NCBI GenBank assembly: GCA_026770705.1
Contig: JANJGN010000121.1
Coordinates: 1,302,001-1,366,000, forward strand
Origin: Isurus oxyrinchus
Lineage: Eukaryota
DNA: 64,000 nucleotides
Reading direction: 5' to 3'
The notes under the pieces were generated by a model. It did not search any database. It was not told where the DNA came from and worked only from the letters and a program-made list of their open reading frames with translations. The number at the start of each line of letters is the position of its first letter. The stretch's first letter is position 1. Below are positions 12,554 to 24,470 of this stretch, piece by piece. A program made the translations under genes and the position numbers.

Positions 12554-14089
12554 GTAGGTGGAAATTCATTCCTTATTTTAAGGTTTCTCCCTGCTCGTTT
12601 CTTCCACAGAAAGTTTTCTGATTTCAAGCTGATTTCAGTGGCAGTCTGTCTCGGTTATACTCAGGAGGCATGTTTGAAATCGAGCCCCCCCCCCCCCCAC
12701 TTTTTTTGCAAAGCTGGGAAGAGACAATTCCAAGGAAGTGAACATATCCCCACAGGAATTTTAAATGTAACCCACGCCGGGAATAGTGAGAGGGAGACTG
12801 ATCTAGCCTGGGAGTGGGTTAAAGAGAGGCTGGGAGTCGAGAGTCGGAGAGAGGGATGGAATGGGGGAGGGAGGGATTGGAAGAGAGAGACAGAGAGTGG
12901 GACGGGGAGGGGTGAAAGGGAAAGAACATAGGTGGGAGAGAGTGACAGAGGGAGAAATTAAAGAAGAGATGCAGAGTGAGGGAAAGTGAAAAGGGAAGAG
13001 AGATTGTCCAAGAGAGAGAAATTAACAGAAAAGGGAGAGTTACAGAGTGAGCGAAAGGTACAAAAATAGTGTGAGAGAGAGGGAGAGATACAGAGTGGGA
13101 GAAGGAGACAGGGGAGAAAGAGGGAGAGAGACAGGAAAAGGGAGAGAGGAGAGAAAGATTGGGAGAGAGGGCAATTGAGAGGAAGAGTAGGAGAGAGAGA
13201 GACAGGGAGAGGAGGAGTGGATGAGAGGAAGAGAGAGAGATATGGAGCAGGAGAACACCTCCTCCGGTCCCGATGTTCCTCCAAAATCTCTGACATTACT
13301 GCATCTCCCGGGTCCCCCTGATTCCCATCGCTCCACCATTGGTGGCCATGCCTTCAGCTGCCTGGGGCCCTGAGCTCCGGAATACCCTCCCTTAACCTCT
13401 CTGCCTCTCTCTCTCTCTCTCCTTTAAGACGCTCCTTAAAAACTGACATCTTTGACCAAGCTTTTGGTCACCTAACCCTAATATCTCCATATGTGACTCA
13501 GTGTTAGACTTCTCTCTGATTTACGCTCCGGTAATGTGGGCTGGGACATTTTGCAATATCAGAGGCGCTGTGTAAATGCAAGTTGTGAGTGTTATGTGGA
13601 AGGGAGACCCCAGGCGGCAGTCAGTGCCAGAGACTGGAGTCATTGTGTGCAGACCGTATCTAATCTCTCCGAATGCACAATCGGTTTGACTGTCAGCCAA
13701 AGCACTTTTGATATTTGATCCTTCTAACTGTTTATAACCAGGCCTACATCAAACACCGAGAGGCTGGTTAATCAACAGACACCTTAGAGGATCGAGTGAA
13801 AGACAAAGAGGACTTGCATTTCTCTAGCGCCTTCCAACACATCAGGACGTCCCAAAGTGTTTCGCAGACAATCAAGTGGTTTTTTTCTTTCATGTGAGGT
13901 CACTGATGTACTGTGGGAAAAGAATCAGCCATTGGCGCACAGTAAGATCCCACAGACAGCAGCATGATAATGACCAGCGCGCTCCCAGTACTTGCACTGC
14001 AAGTGTCAGTTCAGGATGTGTGCTCGATTCTCTGCAACTCTCAGCTCTGAGTTAAAAGGACCACCAGGCATAATTGAGAAATTACCGAG

Positions 14090-14640
14090 CTGTCGGAGGG
14101 TCAGTACCGGCGGGGGGGCAGGACAGTCGGAGGGTCAGTACTGAGGGGGTGCTGCATTGTCAGACGGTCAGTCTTGGAGTGCTGCACTGTCAGAGGGTCA
14201 GTACCGGCGGGGGACTGCACAGTCGGAGGGTCAGTACTGAGGGGGTGCTGCATTGTCAGACGGTCAGTACTGAGGGAGTGCTGCACTGTCAGAGGGTCAG
14301 GGCTAAGGGAGTGCTGCACTGATGGAGGGTCAGTACTGAGTGAGTGCTGCACTGTCAGAGGGTCAGTGCTAAGGGAGTGCTGCACTGTTGGAGGGTCAGT
14401 ACTGAGTGAGCGCTGCACTGATGGAGGGTCAGTTCCGAGGGAGTGCTGCACTGTCAGAGGGTCAGTGCTAAGGAAGTGCTGCACTGTCAGAGGGTCAGTG
14501 CTAAGGAAGTGCTGCACTGTACAGAGGGAGTGTGAGACTGACAGAGGGTCAGTAATGAGGGAGTGTGAGACTGACAGAGGGTCACTATTGAGGATGTGCT
14601 GCACAGTTGGGGGGGTCAGTACTGAGGGAGCACTGCACTG
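14090..14640. repeat. 33-bp minisatellite (same family, opposite orientation to 2125-2845)
   Basis: Visible. Confidence 0.9.
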
Positions 14641-14785
14641 CCATAGGTGGTTTCTTTCAGATGACATGAGAGAGAGGGTTAAACCCACTGAGACAAGACT
14701 GACACTAATGAGGCTGCTCAATAATTTAACCCTATCAGTGCCAGTAAATAATGTGAGGATGTCTTCTGTTTCCATTTCTCTGTAG

Positions 14786-15034
14786 GGTAAACAGAACGTG
14801 CTGATTACTGAGCCCCGGAACACAACCAGAGACACAACTAGTGAGGGGGAGACCCCAGCTCCCCGGGGTCTCTCTGAAGGTGCATTGGGAGGCGATGCTG
14901 GACATTGGCACATCGACAATCCCAACGGCCTTCTCTACGCCAATCCCCAAGAATTGAGGATGTCCAGTGATGATGGGTCTGTCCACAGGGAAGAGGAGAC
15001 GGAATACGCACAGATCAGGTTCGAGCATAACTGA
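14786..15034 (+). CDS. Siglec-type terminal cytoplasmic exon, copy 1 (degenerate ITIM LLYANP, ITSM TEYAQI)
   Basis: Acceptor CTCTGTAG; 82 codons open to TGA; two-Tyr layout typical of inhibitory Siglecs. Confidence 0.8.
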   Translation, partial: GKQNVLITEPRNTTRDTTSEGETPAPRGLSEGALGGDAGHWHIDNPNGLLYANPQELRMSSDDGSVHREEETEYAQIRFEHN

Positions 15035-15231
15035 ATGAGAAATGGGGAGTGAGAGTGAGGAGGTGTGGGGGTGGGGGTAGTGATTGAGATTCCTGGGAAC
15101 AGGAAACAACCCACTGGGGGAGAGGGGGAGAGAGGGAGGAAGGGATGCGATTGGGCTGCGGTTGGTGTGGTTTGGAATGAAATGCTTCTCCAGAGAGGAC
15201 TGGATGCTGAGCCACTGGGGATAGAGATTCA

Positions 15232-15270
<39 letters not shown>

Positions 15271-15565
15271 TCTTTGTCTTTCTTTCTGTGTCTGTCACTC
15301 ATTCTCTATCTCCAGCTCCTCCTTTAAGATGCCCGTTAATAACTGACTTTGTTGACTCAGCTGTTGGTCTCCTGTCCCTTATATCTCCTCATGTGCCTCA
15401 GAGTCAGGTGAAGATGTGACTAACAATTCCCGGATGAGCCTTGGGACATTTTGCTACATTAAAGGTGCTATATAAATGCAAGTAGTTGCAGTAAGTCTGA
15501 TCTGCTTCGATTAACAATGGAACCACAAAGGCTCCTTCGACAGGGCGTGTGTGCAGGAGGATCCC

Positions 15566-15571
15566 AATAAA
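15566..15571 (+). terminator. Candidate polyadenylation signal, terminal exon copy 1
   Basis: AATAAA conserved at the equivalent place in the paralogous copy (18576). Confidence 0.55.
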
Positions 15572-15609
15572 TACATTGAGCTGTGAGATTTTTAATTCTT
15601 ACATCGAAT

Positions 15610-16055
15610 GTGGCTGTCACTGGTGATGCCAGCATTAATGCCCATCCCTAATTGCCCTTGAGAAGGTGGTGGTGATCAGCCTTCTTGACCCGCTGCAGTC
15701 CATGTGGTGTAGGTACACCCACAGTGCTGTTAGGGAGGGAGTTCCAGGATTTTGACCCAGTGACAGTGAAGGAACGATGATATATTTCCAAGTCAGGGTG
15801 GTGAGTGGCTTGGAGGGGAACTTCCAGGTGGTGGTGTTCCCATGTGTCTGCTGCCCTTGTCCTTCTAGATGGTAGAGGTCGTGGGTTTGGAAGGTGCTGT
15901 TGAAGGAGCCTTGCTGAGTTGCTGCAGTGCATCTTGTAGATGGTACACACACTGCTTCCACTGTGTGTTCATGGTGGAGGGAGTGAATGTTTAATGTGGG
16001 GGATGGGGTGTAGATCAATCGGGCTGCTTTGTCCTGGATGGTGTCAAGCTTCTTG
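15610..16055 (-). mobile_element. CR1-like LINE 3' end
   Basis: CTIYKMHCSNSARLLQQHLPNPRPLPSRRTRAA...KSWNSLPNS; a + strand fragment of the same family lies at ~18840-19100. Confidence 0.75.
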
Positions 16056-16189
16056 ATTCTGTGCTTTGTGCAGAAGTGATTTAAAGAGACAGTCCCAGTC
16101 GTTGGTCTAAGATTACAGTGGGCTCTGTGTCTGTGCTACACTGACTCTCTGCTATATGATAACCACAGTGTGATATTTTGTTATTACAG

Positions 16190-16271
16190 GAGAAAGACAG
16201 CGATGGAGGAGAGAGTTTCAGGGACCAGTGACATTGTATTGACTCCCAGTCCACTCTCTGTGAAACACCAG
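16190..16271 (+). CDS. Candidate juxtamembrane cytoplasmic exon (RKTAMEERVSGTSDIVLTPSPLSVKHQ, phase 2/0)
   Basis: Acceptor TTACAG; donor AG|GTACAG; basic start and phase 2 as expected after a TM exon. Confidence 0.6.
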
Positions 16272-16406
16272 GTACAGGAGCTGTTTACACTCACTCCAAA
16301 GCTTCAATCTCAGTGTGTAGACAACACATGTCCCAGATTCCCAGCCCAGTTACCCACTGATTTGTACCTGTGGAGTCAGCAATGGTTCAGTATCATGCTG
16401 TCTCTC

Positions 16407-17164
16407 TGTTATGACACAGCAACTGGTAAAGGCTGTTGTTTAAAATCCCAGAGGGAAACTTTAAACAACTGTCATAACCTATATTTCCCAGTGGAATGTT
16501 TGAGATGCAGCTCTAAATTCAGGAATAAGACCATCAGTTCTTGAGATGGGTTTATATCAAACTACATGAGACATTTATTAATTTTCACAAGTTAATCATA
16601 TGCACATGGCTACAAGCTAGTACTATCATAACTTTTTAACAAATTCCCAAACTAACGTCCTCTAAGACAACCCATAGACTTTAAGCAGATTCCAAGCAAA
16701 GCATTTTCACCTCACAAATTCCAAATGAGGTTCCTTTCACTTTGGTTCCTTTGCAGACAGGTGTAGGCTTACAGCTGCTTTGATGTTACAAGCCTCTGCT
16801 CTGCACACACAAAACTGCTCAAGTTATACCCAGCTCTTCTCTTTGAATGTAAATTCTCATTGTATCATCAGGACCTTTGATCTCCATCTCTTCTAACTAT
16901 AAATCCCGTTTCATAGTATCAATTTTATTAGTAATATAAACATTGATTGGTTTAAGAATTCACTCCCAGGCTTTGAATCCTCCTTTTAAAAATGCAATAT
17001 GCCTCTTTACCTCTTTGTTTACATCTCAAAACTACTATACATAAAAGTACCCAGACCGGCTGGCTTTAATCCAATGAAAACACACACACACACACCCACA
17101 GACTAAACCTCTGTTTAAAAAGACAATTTCCAATTACAATACATACATTAATAGATTCATAACG
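16407..17164. mobile_element. Probable solo LTR
   Basis: Termini TGTTATGA...TCATAAC; homologous to 20785-21602. Confidence 0.6.
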
Positions 17165-17294
17165 CTCAGTCTCTGACCCTTCATCTCTCTCTCTCTCTCT
17201 CATCCTCTCTCTGATTACAAGATTCATGTTATTGAGCCTCACACCAGGCACCTGAGTGCAGAATCCAAGCCGACACTCGCCAGAGCCATTACCG

Positions 17295-17575
17295 AGGGAG
17301 TGCGAGACTGACAGAGGGTCAGTACTGAGGGAGTGCTGCACTATCAGAGGGTCAGTACTGAGGGAGTGTTGCACTGTCAGAGGGTCAGTACTGAGGAAGA
17401 CCTGTACTGTCGGAGGGTCAGTACTGAGGGAGCGCTGCACTGCTGGAGGGTCAGTACTGAGGGAGCGCTGCACTGTCGGAGGGTCAGTACTGAGGGAGTG
17501 CTGCACTGTTGGATGGTCAGCATTGAGGAAGTGCTGCACTATCGAAGGGTCAGTACTGAGGGAGCACTGCACTGC
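17295..17575. repeat. 33-bp minisatellite
   Basis: Visible; part of the duplicated terminal-exon block. Confidence 0.9.
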
Positions 17576-17719
17576 CATAGGTGTTTTCTTTCATAAGACA
17601 TGTGAGAGAGGGTTAAACCCACTGACCCACGACTGACACTAACGAGGCTGCAGAATATTTTAACCCTATCAGTGCCAGTAAATGATGTGAGGATGCCTTC
17701 TGTTTCCATTTCTCTGTAG

Positions 17720-17968
17720 GGTAAACAGAACGTGCTGATTACTGAGCCCCGGAACACAACCAGAGACACAACTAGCGAGGGGGAGACCCCAGCTCCCCGG
17801 GGTGTCTCTGAATGTGCAGTGGGAGGCGATGCTGGACATGGGAACCCTGACAATCCCGACGAGCTTCTCTACGCCAATCCCTAAGTCTTCAGGGTGCCCA
17901 GTGGTGATGGGTCTGTCCACAGGGAAGAGCAGACGGAATACGCACAGATCAGATTCAAGAGAAACTGA
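17720..17968 (+). pseudogene. Terminal cytoplasmic exon, copy 2, with premature TAA at 17882-17884
   Basis: 249-nt paralogue of 14786-15034; CAA is TAA immediately after LLYANP; TEYAQI persists downstream of the stop. Confidence 0.8.
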
Positions 17969-18167
17969 GCGTGAAAAAGGCAGAGGTGGTCAGGAGGTTT
18001 GTGGATGGTGGCAGGGATGAAGATTCTTGGGAACATGAGACAACCCACTGGGGGAGAGGGGGAGAGAGGGAGGAAGGGACTGAATGGGTCTGTGGTTGGT
18101 GTGGTTTGGAATGAAATGTTTCCCCAGTGACGACTTGATGCTGAGTCATTGGGGACAGAGATTCAGT

Positions 18168-18347
18168 NNNNNNNNNNNNNNNNNNNNNNNNNNNNNNNNN
18201 NNNNNNNNNNNNNNNNNNNNNNNNNNNNNNNNNNNNNNNNNNNNNNNNNNNNNNNNNNNNNNNNNNNNNNNNNNNNNNNNNNNNNNNNNNNNNNNNNNNN
18301 NNNNNNNNNNNNNNNNNNNNNNNNNNNNNNNNNNNNNNNNNNNNNNN
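18168..18347. other. N gap
   Basis: Run of N. Confidence 0.99.
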
Positions 18348-18575
18348 ATTAACTGGCTTTGTGAAATCAGCTTTTTGTCACCTGTCCCTAATACCTCATT
18401 ATGTGTCTCTGAGATGGATTTATATGTAGGTAACAATCCCCTGAAGAGATTTGGGACAGTTTGTTACATTAAGTGTGCCATATAAATGCAAGTTATTGCA
18501 GGAAAGTTGATTTGCCTCGATTCAGAATGGTAATTCGGAGGGTCCATCGACAGGGCGTGTGTGCAACAGCCTCGC

Positions 18576-18581
18576 AATAAA
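18576..18581 (+). terminator. Candidate polyadenylation signal, terminal exon copy 2
   Basis: AATAAA at the paralogous position. Confidence 0.5.
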
Positions 18582-19119
18582 TGCATTGCACGGCAACAAC
18601 TAAGCATGTCCTTTGATGCTGATGCATCCCAGTACTGCTGTGTGGACACATCACAACCGAGGGACTGCCTGACTGCGTGCAGCCAACATGGCCGAATAGT
18701 AATTAGCAGAAATGTGATGTCACTGAACTTTGTTGACATTTCAGAAAGTGCTTTCTGAATTCTGCAACTTGTTTATTCTGTGATAGATTACAAGAAGCCT
18801 TTGCATTTTCTATAATATTACATTTATTGTCACAAGGGATTGAAATGCCCAGACACCACCACCTGGAAGTTGGCCTCCAAGACACACATCATCCTGATTT
18901 TGAAATATATCGCCGTCCCTTCACTGCCACTAGGGTCAAAATCTTGGACTTCCTTCTCTAACAGCATTGTGGGTGTACCTACTCCACATGGACTGCAGAG
19001 GTTCAGGAAGGCAGCTCACCACCACCTTCTCAAGGTAATTAAGGATGGGCCATAAATGCTGGCCTAGCCAGTGATGCCCACTTCCCATGGAAGAATGAAT
19101 ATATAAAATATAAAGTTGG

Positions 19120-21960
19120 AACAAATGAATGAAGTTATAGCACAAATAGAGATTAATGGGTACGATAAGATGGACACTGCAGAGAGTTGGTTGCAAAGTG
19201 ACCAAGGTTGGAAATTGAAAATTGAAGGATATTTGGAATCTTTGAAAGGATAGGAAAAATGAAAAGGAGGTGGGGTAGCTCTCTTAATAAAAGATGAGAC
19301 CTGTAAAGTAGTGAGAAATGATTTTGGCTCAGATGTCAAGATGCACAGTCAGTTTGGGTGAACATAAGGAATTGCAAGGGAAAGAAATCACTGGTGGGTT
19401 GGTTTATACTCCCCCCTGAATGTAGTTACACTGCAGGGGTAGATTATAAATCAATACATGAGGAGGTTTATGAGAAAGGCACCACATTAATCATGGGAGT
19501 TTTCAATCGTCATATGGATTAGCCAAATCAGATTAGCAAATGTAGCTTTCAGCGAGGTTATACAGATTGTATTCAGGACAGTATTTTAGAACAATGCAAC
19601 ATGGAACCAACCAGGGTAGAGGCTGTTTTAGTCCTGGCAATGTTTAATGAGACAAGACTAATTAACATCTCATTGTAAAGGATCCTCAAGGGAAGAGTAA
19701 TCATACGGTGTTGAAATTTAAAATTCAGTTTAGAAACTTGGGTCTGAAACTAGTGTCATAAACTTAACTAAAGGCAAATACAAGGGTTAAAAGCAGAGTC
19801 AGCCCAAGTAGAGTGGGACAGCAGGTTAAAGGGGGCGGGGGGGTGGTAGATGAGGAGTAACAGGCATCTAAAGAAATCTTTCATAAATTCCAATGACAAT
19901 ATTTTCCAGTTAGAAAGAAAGAATCTATAAGAAGGATGGAGCATCGGTGGCTAACTCAGGAAGCTAAGGACGGTATCCAATTGTGAGATAAAGCCGGCAA
20001 TGTTGGGATGTTTAGTGATAGGCTGGAGATTGGGAATATTTGAGAAACCAGAAAAGTGAGGGGAGAAATATAAGGAGGCAGAAATGATGATATGAGAGTA
20101 AACTAGCAAGAACCATAAACAATGACAGTGAGATGTTGTACATTAAAATAAGAGAGAAGCTACAGTAATAATGGGACACATAGAAAATCAGACTGGGGAA
20201 TTAATAATGGGAAACAAGGAAATGACAGAGACTTTCAACAAGAATTTTGGGTCTGTCTTCACAGTAAAAATCTCTAAAACCATCCCAATAGCAGGAGAAA
20301 GTCACGGTGCAACAAGGAGGGAGGAACATAAAACAATCACTATCACCAGAGAAAAAGTATTAAGAAAACTAATGAGACAAATGCTGACAAGTCCCATGGA
20401 GCAGACGGCCTGAATGTGAGGGTCTGAAAGGAAATGGCTGCAGAGACGGTGGATGCATTGGTTGTAATCTTCCAGAATTCCTTAGATTATGGGAAGGTCC
20501 CAGTGGATTGGAAAAACATAAATAAAATATCTCTGTTCAATAAAGGGAGGAGGCAGAAAGCAAGAAACTACAGGTCAGTTAGTCTAATATCTGTCATTGG
20601 GAAAATACCAGAATTCATTATGAAGGAGGGAGCAGCAGGACATTTAGAAATCCATAATTCAATCAGACAGAGTCAACATGGGTTTGTGAAAGGGATATCA
20701 TGTTTGAAAAAATAATTAGATTTCCTCGAGGATGTAACAAGTGGATTGGATAAAGGGGAACCTGTAGATGTGGTGTATTAGGGACTATGACACAGCCAAG
20801 GGTAAAGGCTGAGTTGTTCAAATCCCAGAGGGAAAATTGAAACAACTGTCGTAACCCAATTTTGCAATTTGTAATTTCGAGATGAAGACTCTGAATTCAG
20901 TAGGAATAAGACCACGGAGTCTTGTGGGGGTTTTTCAAAATAAAAAAAAATTATTATTAAAACAAATTTAACACATATGCACAGCTATAAATTATGACTA
21001 CAATAACTTTTTAACAAATCCCCAAATGAAAAACTCTCAGATAAATCTCTACTATGGCAATAGTCACCCATAGGCATTATGGAGACACCAGGCAAAGCAC
21101 ATTTGACATAGGAATTCTGAATGAGGTTCCTTTGCAAGTTGGTTGGAGGCTACAGGCTGGTTCGGTCTGAAATGCTCCTGCCTCACACACACAAACTCCT
21201 TCCTTTATATAGCTAGCTTTCCCTTTGAATGTAAATTTTCCATTGTATCACTCGGTCTTCTGAACTCCACCTCTTCTAACAATAAAACCCCCTTTCATAG
21301 CACCAATTTCATTAATAAGTTCAAGAAAAAACACATCTTTTGGATCCTTCTAACTAGGTGCAAGATTTTACCCCCTGTCTGGAATGGTTTATTCAACAAT
21401 TGCAAATGAACACTTTACTGTTCTCCTCACAATTCACCCAATTAACATCTCAAAACTACTAAACATCAAAGCACACAGACCAGCTGGCTTTAATCCAATT
21501 AAGACACACACAGACACACACCTATACATGGACCACCACTAGAATTCTATTTTAAAATATAATTTCCAAGCACATTTTACACACAAATATCTCTTCATGA
21601 CATTGCATTTCCGAAAGGCATTCGATAAGGTGCCACATCAAAGGATACTGCACAGGGTGAAATTGGATGGTGTTGGGGGTGATATATTAATATGGATAGA
21701 GGACTGGCTAACTGACAGGAAACAGAGAGCCAGGATAAATGGGTGATTTTCAGCTTGGTAAACTGTAACTTGTGGATAGCCACAGGGATCAGTGCTGAGG
21801 CCTCAACTATTCACAATCTACATTAGTGACTTGGATGAAGGGACTGACAGTACTGTAGGAAGATTTTCTGACTGTGTGGTTAAGATAGGTAGGAAATATA
21901 TAAACTGAGCAGGAAAGCAAGTTGTGAGGAGGACACAAAGAGGCTGTAGAGCGAGATAAA
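19120..21960 (+). mobile_element. Degenerate CR1 LINE ORF2 (endonuclease-RT), interrupted by a solo LTR
   Basis: GGGVALLIK, IFQNSLDYGKVPVDWK, NYRSVSLISVIGK, SQHGFVKG, KAFDKVPH, PQGSVL.PQLFTIYI.DLD. Confidence 0.9.
20785..21602. mobile_element. Probable solo LTR nested in the CR1
   Basis: Splits the CR1 VDVVY/DF.KAFDKV motif; ends TCATGACA; homologous to 16407-17164. Confidence 0.65.
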
Positions 21961-22119
21961 TAGTTTCAGTGAGTGGATAAAAAAATGAGTGGATGGAATA
22001 TAAGGAATGAAAATGCCAGGGTGTCCAGCTGATCCTACTTGTTCTGTTCTTATATTCTTATACAGACACAGGGTTTACTGACAGTGCACAGCAAAGTGCT
22101 CTTCTCTCAGTTTGCTCCA

Positions 22120-22253
22120 ACTTCCTCATTTTGACTCACAGTGACACATCAGCTCTTTCTAATTAAATACACAGATAGATCAGCACAGGAAGAGGTCATT
22201 CAGCCCAAACCCAAAGCAGTTCCTCCCCAGGCGAGCAGTCGGACAGGTCCTGG
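22120..22253 (+). promoter_or_regulatory. Unit 1 promoter-like region / non-coding exon (representative of all 20 units)
   Basis: PU.1 box ACTTCCTCATTT (22120-22131), TGACTCA, AT-rich TAATTAAATA, second ETS core CAGGAAG, consensus donor TGG|GTAAGT. Confidence 0.6.
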
Positions 22254-22703
22254 GTAAGTAACGGAACGATTGGAATTCACTTCCACAATCAACACCGTCC
22301 TTTGTTGATGTTGTGACTTTATAAAGACAGATTCCAATGATTGATGCCTTTGAAAGATTTCTACTGATTATTGAGATCTGGGTGTGGGGCTCAAGTCTGT
22401 TGTACAGAACATCTTTCTAGCTCAAGGGATGAGACAAGTGCAGAGACATGAGATTTGGGATGTCCTGAGCAGGTGAAAGGTGCTATAGAAATGCAAGTCC
22501 TTCATTGTTTTTCTTTCTTAAAGCCTAGTAACTCTCTGCAGAGCACCTATCATCCCGCAGAGTATCAAATTAGTCTGTGATGACATTGTCTAAAAGAAGT
22601 TCAGATCTCTCGACAGCTGTCAGACAAGAGGTGAGGTCTTATTAACTCCTTTCTCTTTCACAGCTTGAGAGTGAGAAGCTAATGGAACATCTGCGAGTGG
22701 ACA

Positions 22704-22743
22704 ATGATCGGGAAATCTTACTTTCTCCTGTCATTTCTCCAAG
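22704..22743 (+). CDS. Leader exon, unit 1, MIGKSYFLLSFLQ (intact)
   Basis: ATG..CAAG|GT; acceptor shifted 2 nt (TTCACAG). Confidence 0.7.
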
Positions 22744-24430
22744 GTAATATCATCGTCAGCTCGGACAGATTTATGGTTAATTGTCTTTGTAAAAGATCAT
22801 TTTTATTGCGCTCTGATTGGGCAGTGATTCTGCAGTGAGACAGTGTACAAACTCACACCAAGTCCCATTCACCCATCACCCCTGTGCTCACTGATATACA
22901 CTGACTCCCTGTCTGACAGCAGAATTGGAGGATAGCAGAAGTCCTGGATGGTTGTAGGGGCTGGAGGAGGTTAGAGGGTTAGGCAGGATTGTAGCAGCTA
23001 GATCAGAATCTTAATCTTCAGGTGATGTCGGATGCTGGTCAGTGAGTCATGGGGAGTGATGAGTTGAGCAGTAAATTAGGAATAAACACTGGGAGATGAA
23101 GTCTATCCCGATGCTTGGACTCTGAAAGCAATAACCTGAAATGTGTGCCTTTTGCAGATTTTAGACAGAATTTCCCATGAAGACAACACAGCAGCTCCTA
23201 GAATAGACAGGCTGTTCAGTGTCACACTTCCTGTCCATTCTCACCTTGCTGGAAACTTCAATAAGGGAGCAAGATATCTGAAAGAGAGAAGGAAGGCAAA
23301 GCTGTCTGTGTGTAAAGGTGTCAAGTAGTCTGAGTTAACATCAGTGCCTCTGATCTGCTGCAGAGTTTAAATTTCACAGAATCTGAGCACTTTGCAGCTC
23401 AGAGAGAGACCATTGACTCACTGCCTGAAAGGGCGGTGGAAGCAGATTCAACAGGAACTTTCAGAAGGGGAACTGGATAAATACTTGAAGGGGAAATTTT
23501 GCAGGGCTTTGGAGGAGAGAGCAGAGGAGAGCGTGGGAATAATTAGACAGATATTTCAAAGCTTTCAACAATTCACAATCAATATTGGTGACTTGGATGA
23601 AGGGACTGACTGTACTGTAGGCAGATTTTCTGACTATGTCTGAAAGCAAGTTGTGAGGAGGACACAAAGAGGCTGCAGAGGGAGAATAATAGTTTCAGTG
23701 GGTGGACAAAAAAATGAATGGTTGGCATATAAGGACGGAAAATGTCAGGGTGTCCAGCTGATCCTACTTGTTATGTTCTTATACTCTTATACAGACACAA
23801 GGTTTACTGTCAGTGCACAGCAAAGTGCTGTTCTGTCACTTTGTTCCAACTTCCTCATTTTGTCTCACAGAGATACATCAGCTCTTTCTAATTAAATACA
23901 CAGAGGGAGCAGCACAGGAAGAGGTCATTCAACCCAAGCAGAGCGTGTGGGCAGTTCCTCCCCAGGCGAGCAGTCGGACAGGTCCTGGGTAAGTAACGGA
24001 ACGATTGGAATTCACTTCCACGACCAACACCGTCCTTTGTTGATGTTGTGACTTTATAAAGAGAGATTCCAATGATTGATGCCTTTGAAAGATTTCTACT
24101 GATTATTGAGATCTGTGTGTGAGACTCAAGTCTGTCATACAGAGTATCTTTCTGGCTCAAGAATTGAGGGAAGTGCAGAGACATAAGCTTTGGGATGCCC
24201 TGAGGTGGTGAAAGGCGCTATAGAAATACAAATCCTTCATTTTTTTAAAGCCTTGAAACTCCCTGCATAGCACCTATCATTCCACAGAGAGTCAAATTAG
24301 TCGGTGAAGACATTGTCTAAAAACAGTTCTGATCTCTCGAGAGCTGTCGGACAAGAGGTGAGGTCTCATTAACTCCTTTCTCTTTCAGAGCTTGAGAGTG
24401 AGAAGCTGATGGAATTTCTGGGAGTGGACG

Positions 24431-24470
24431 ATGGTCGGGAAATCGTACTTCCTCCTGTCACTTCTCCAAG
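24431..24470 (+). CDS. Leader exon, unit 2, MVGKSYFLLSLLQ (intact)
   Basis: Acceptor ends 24388; ATG; GT donor. Confidence 0.7.
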
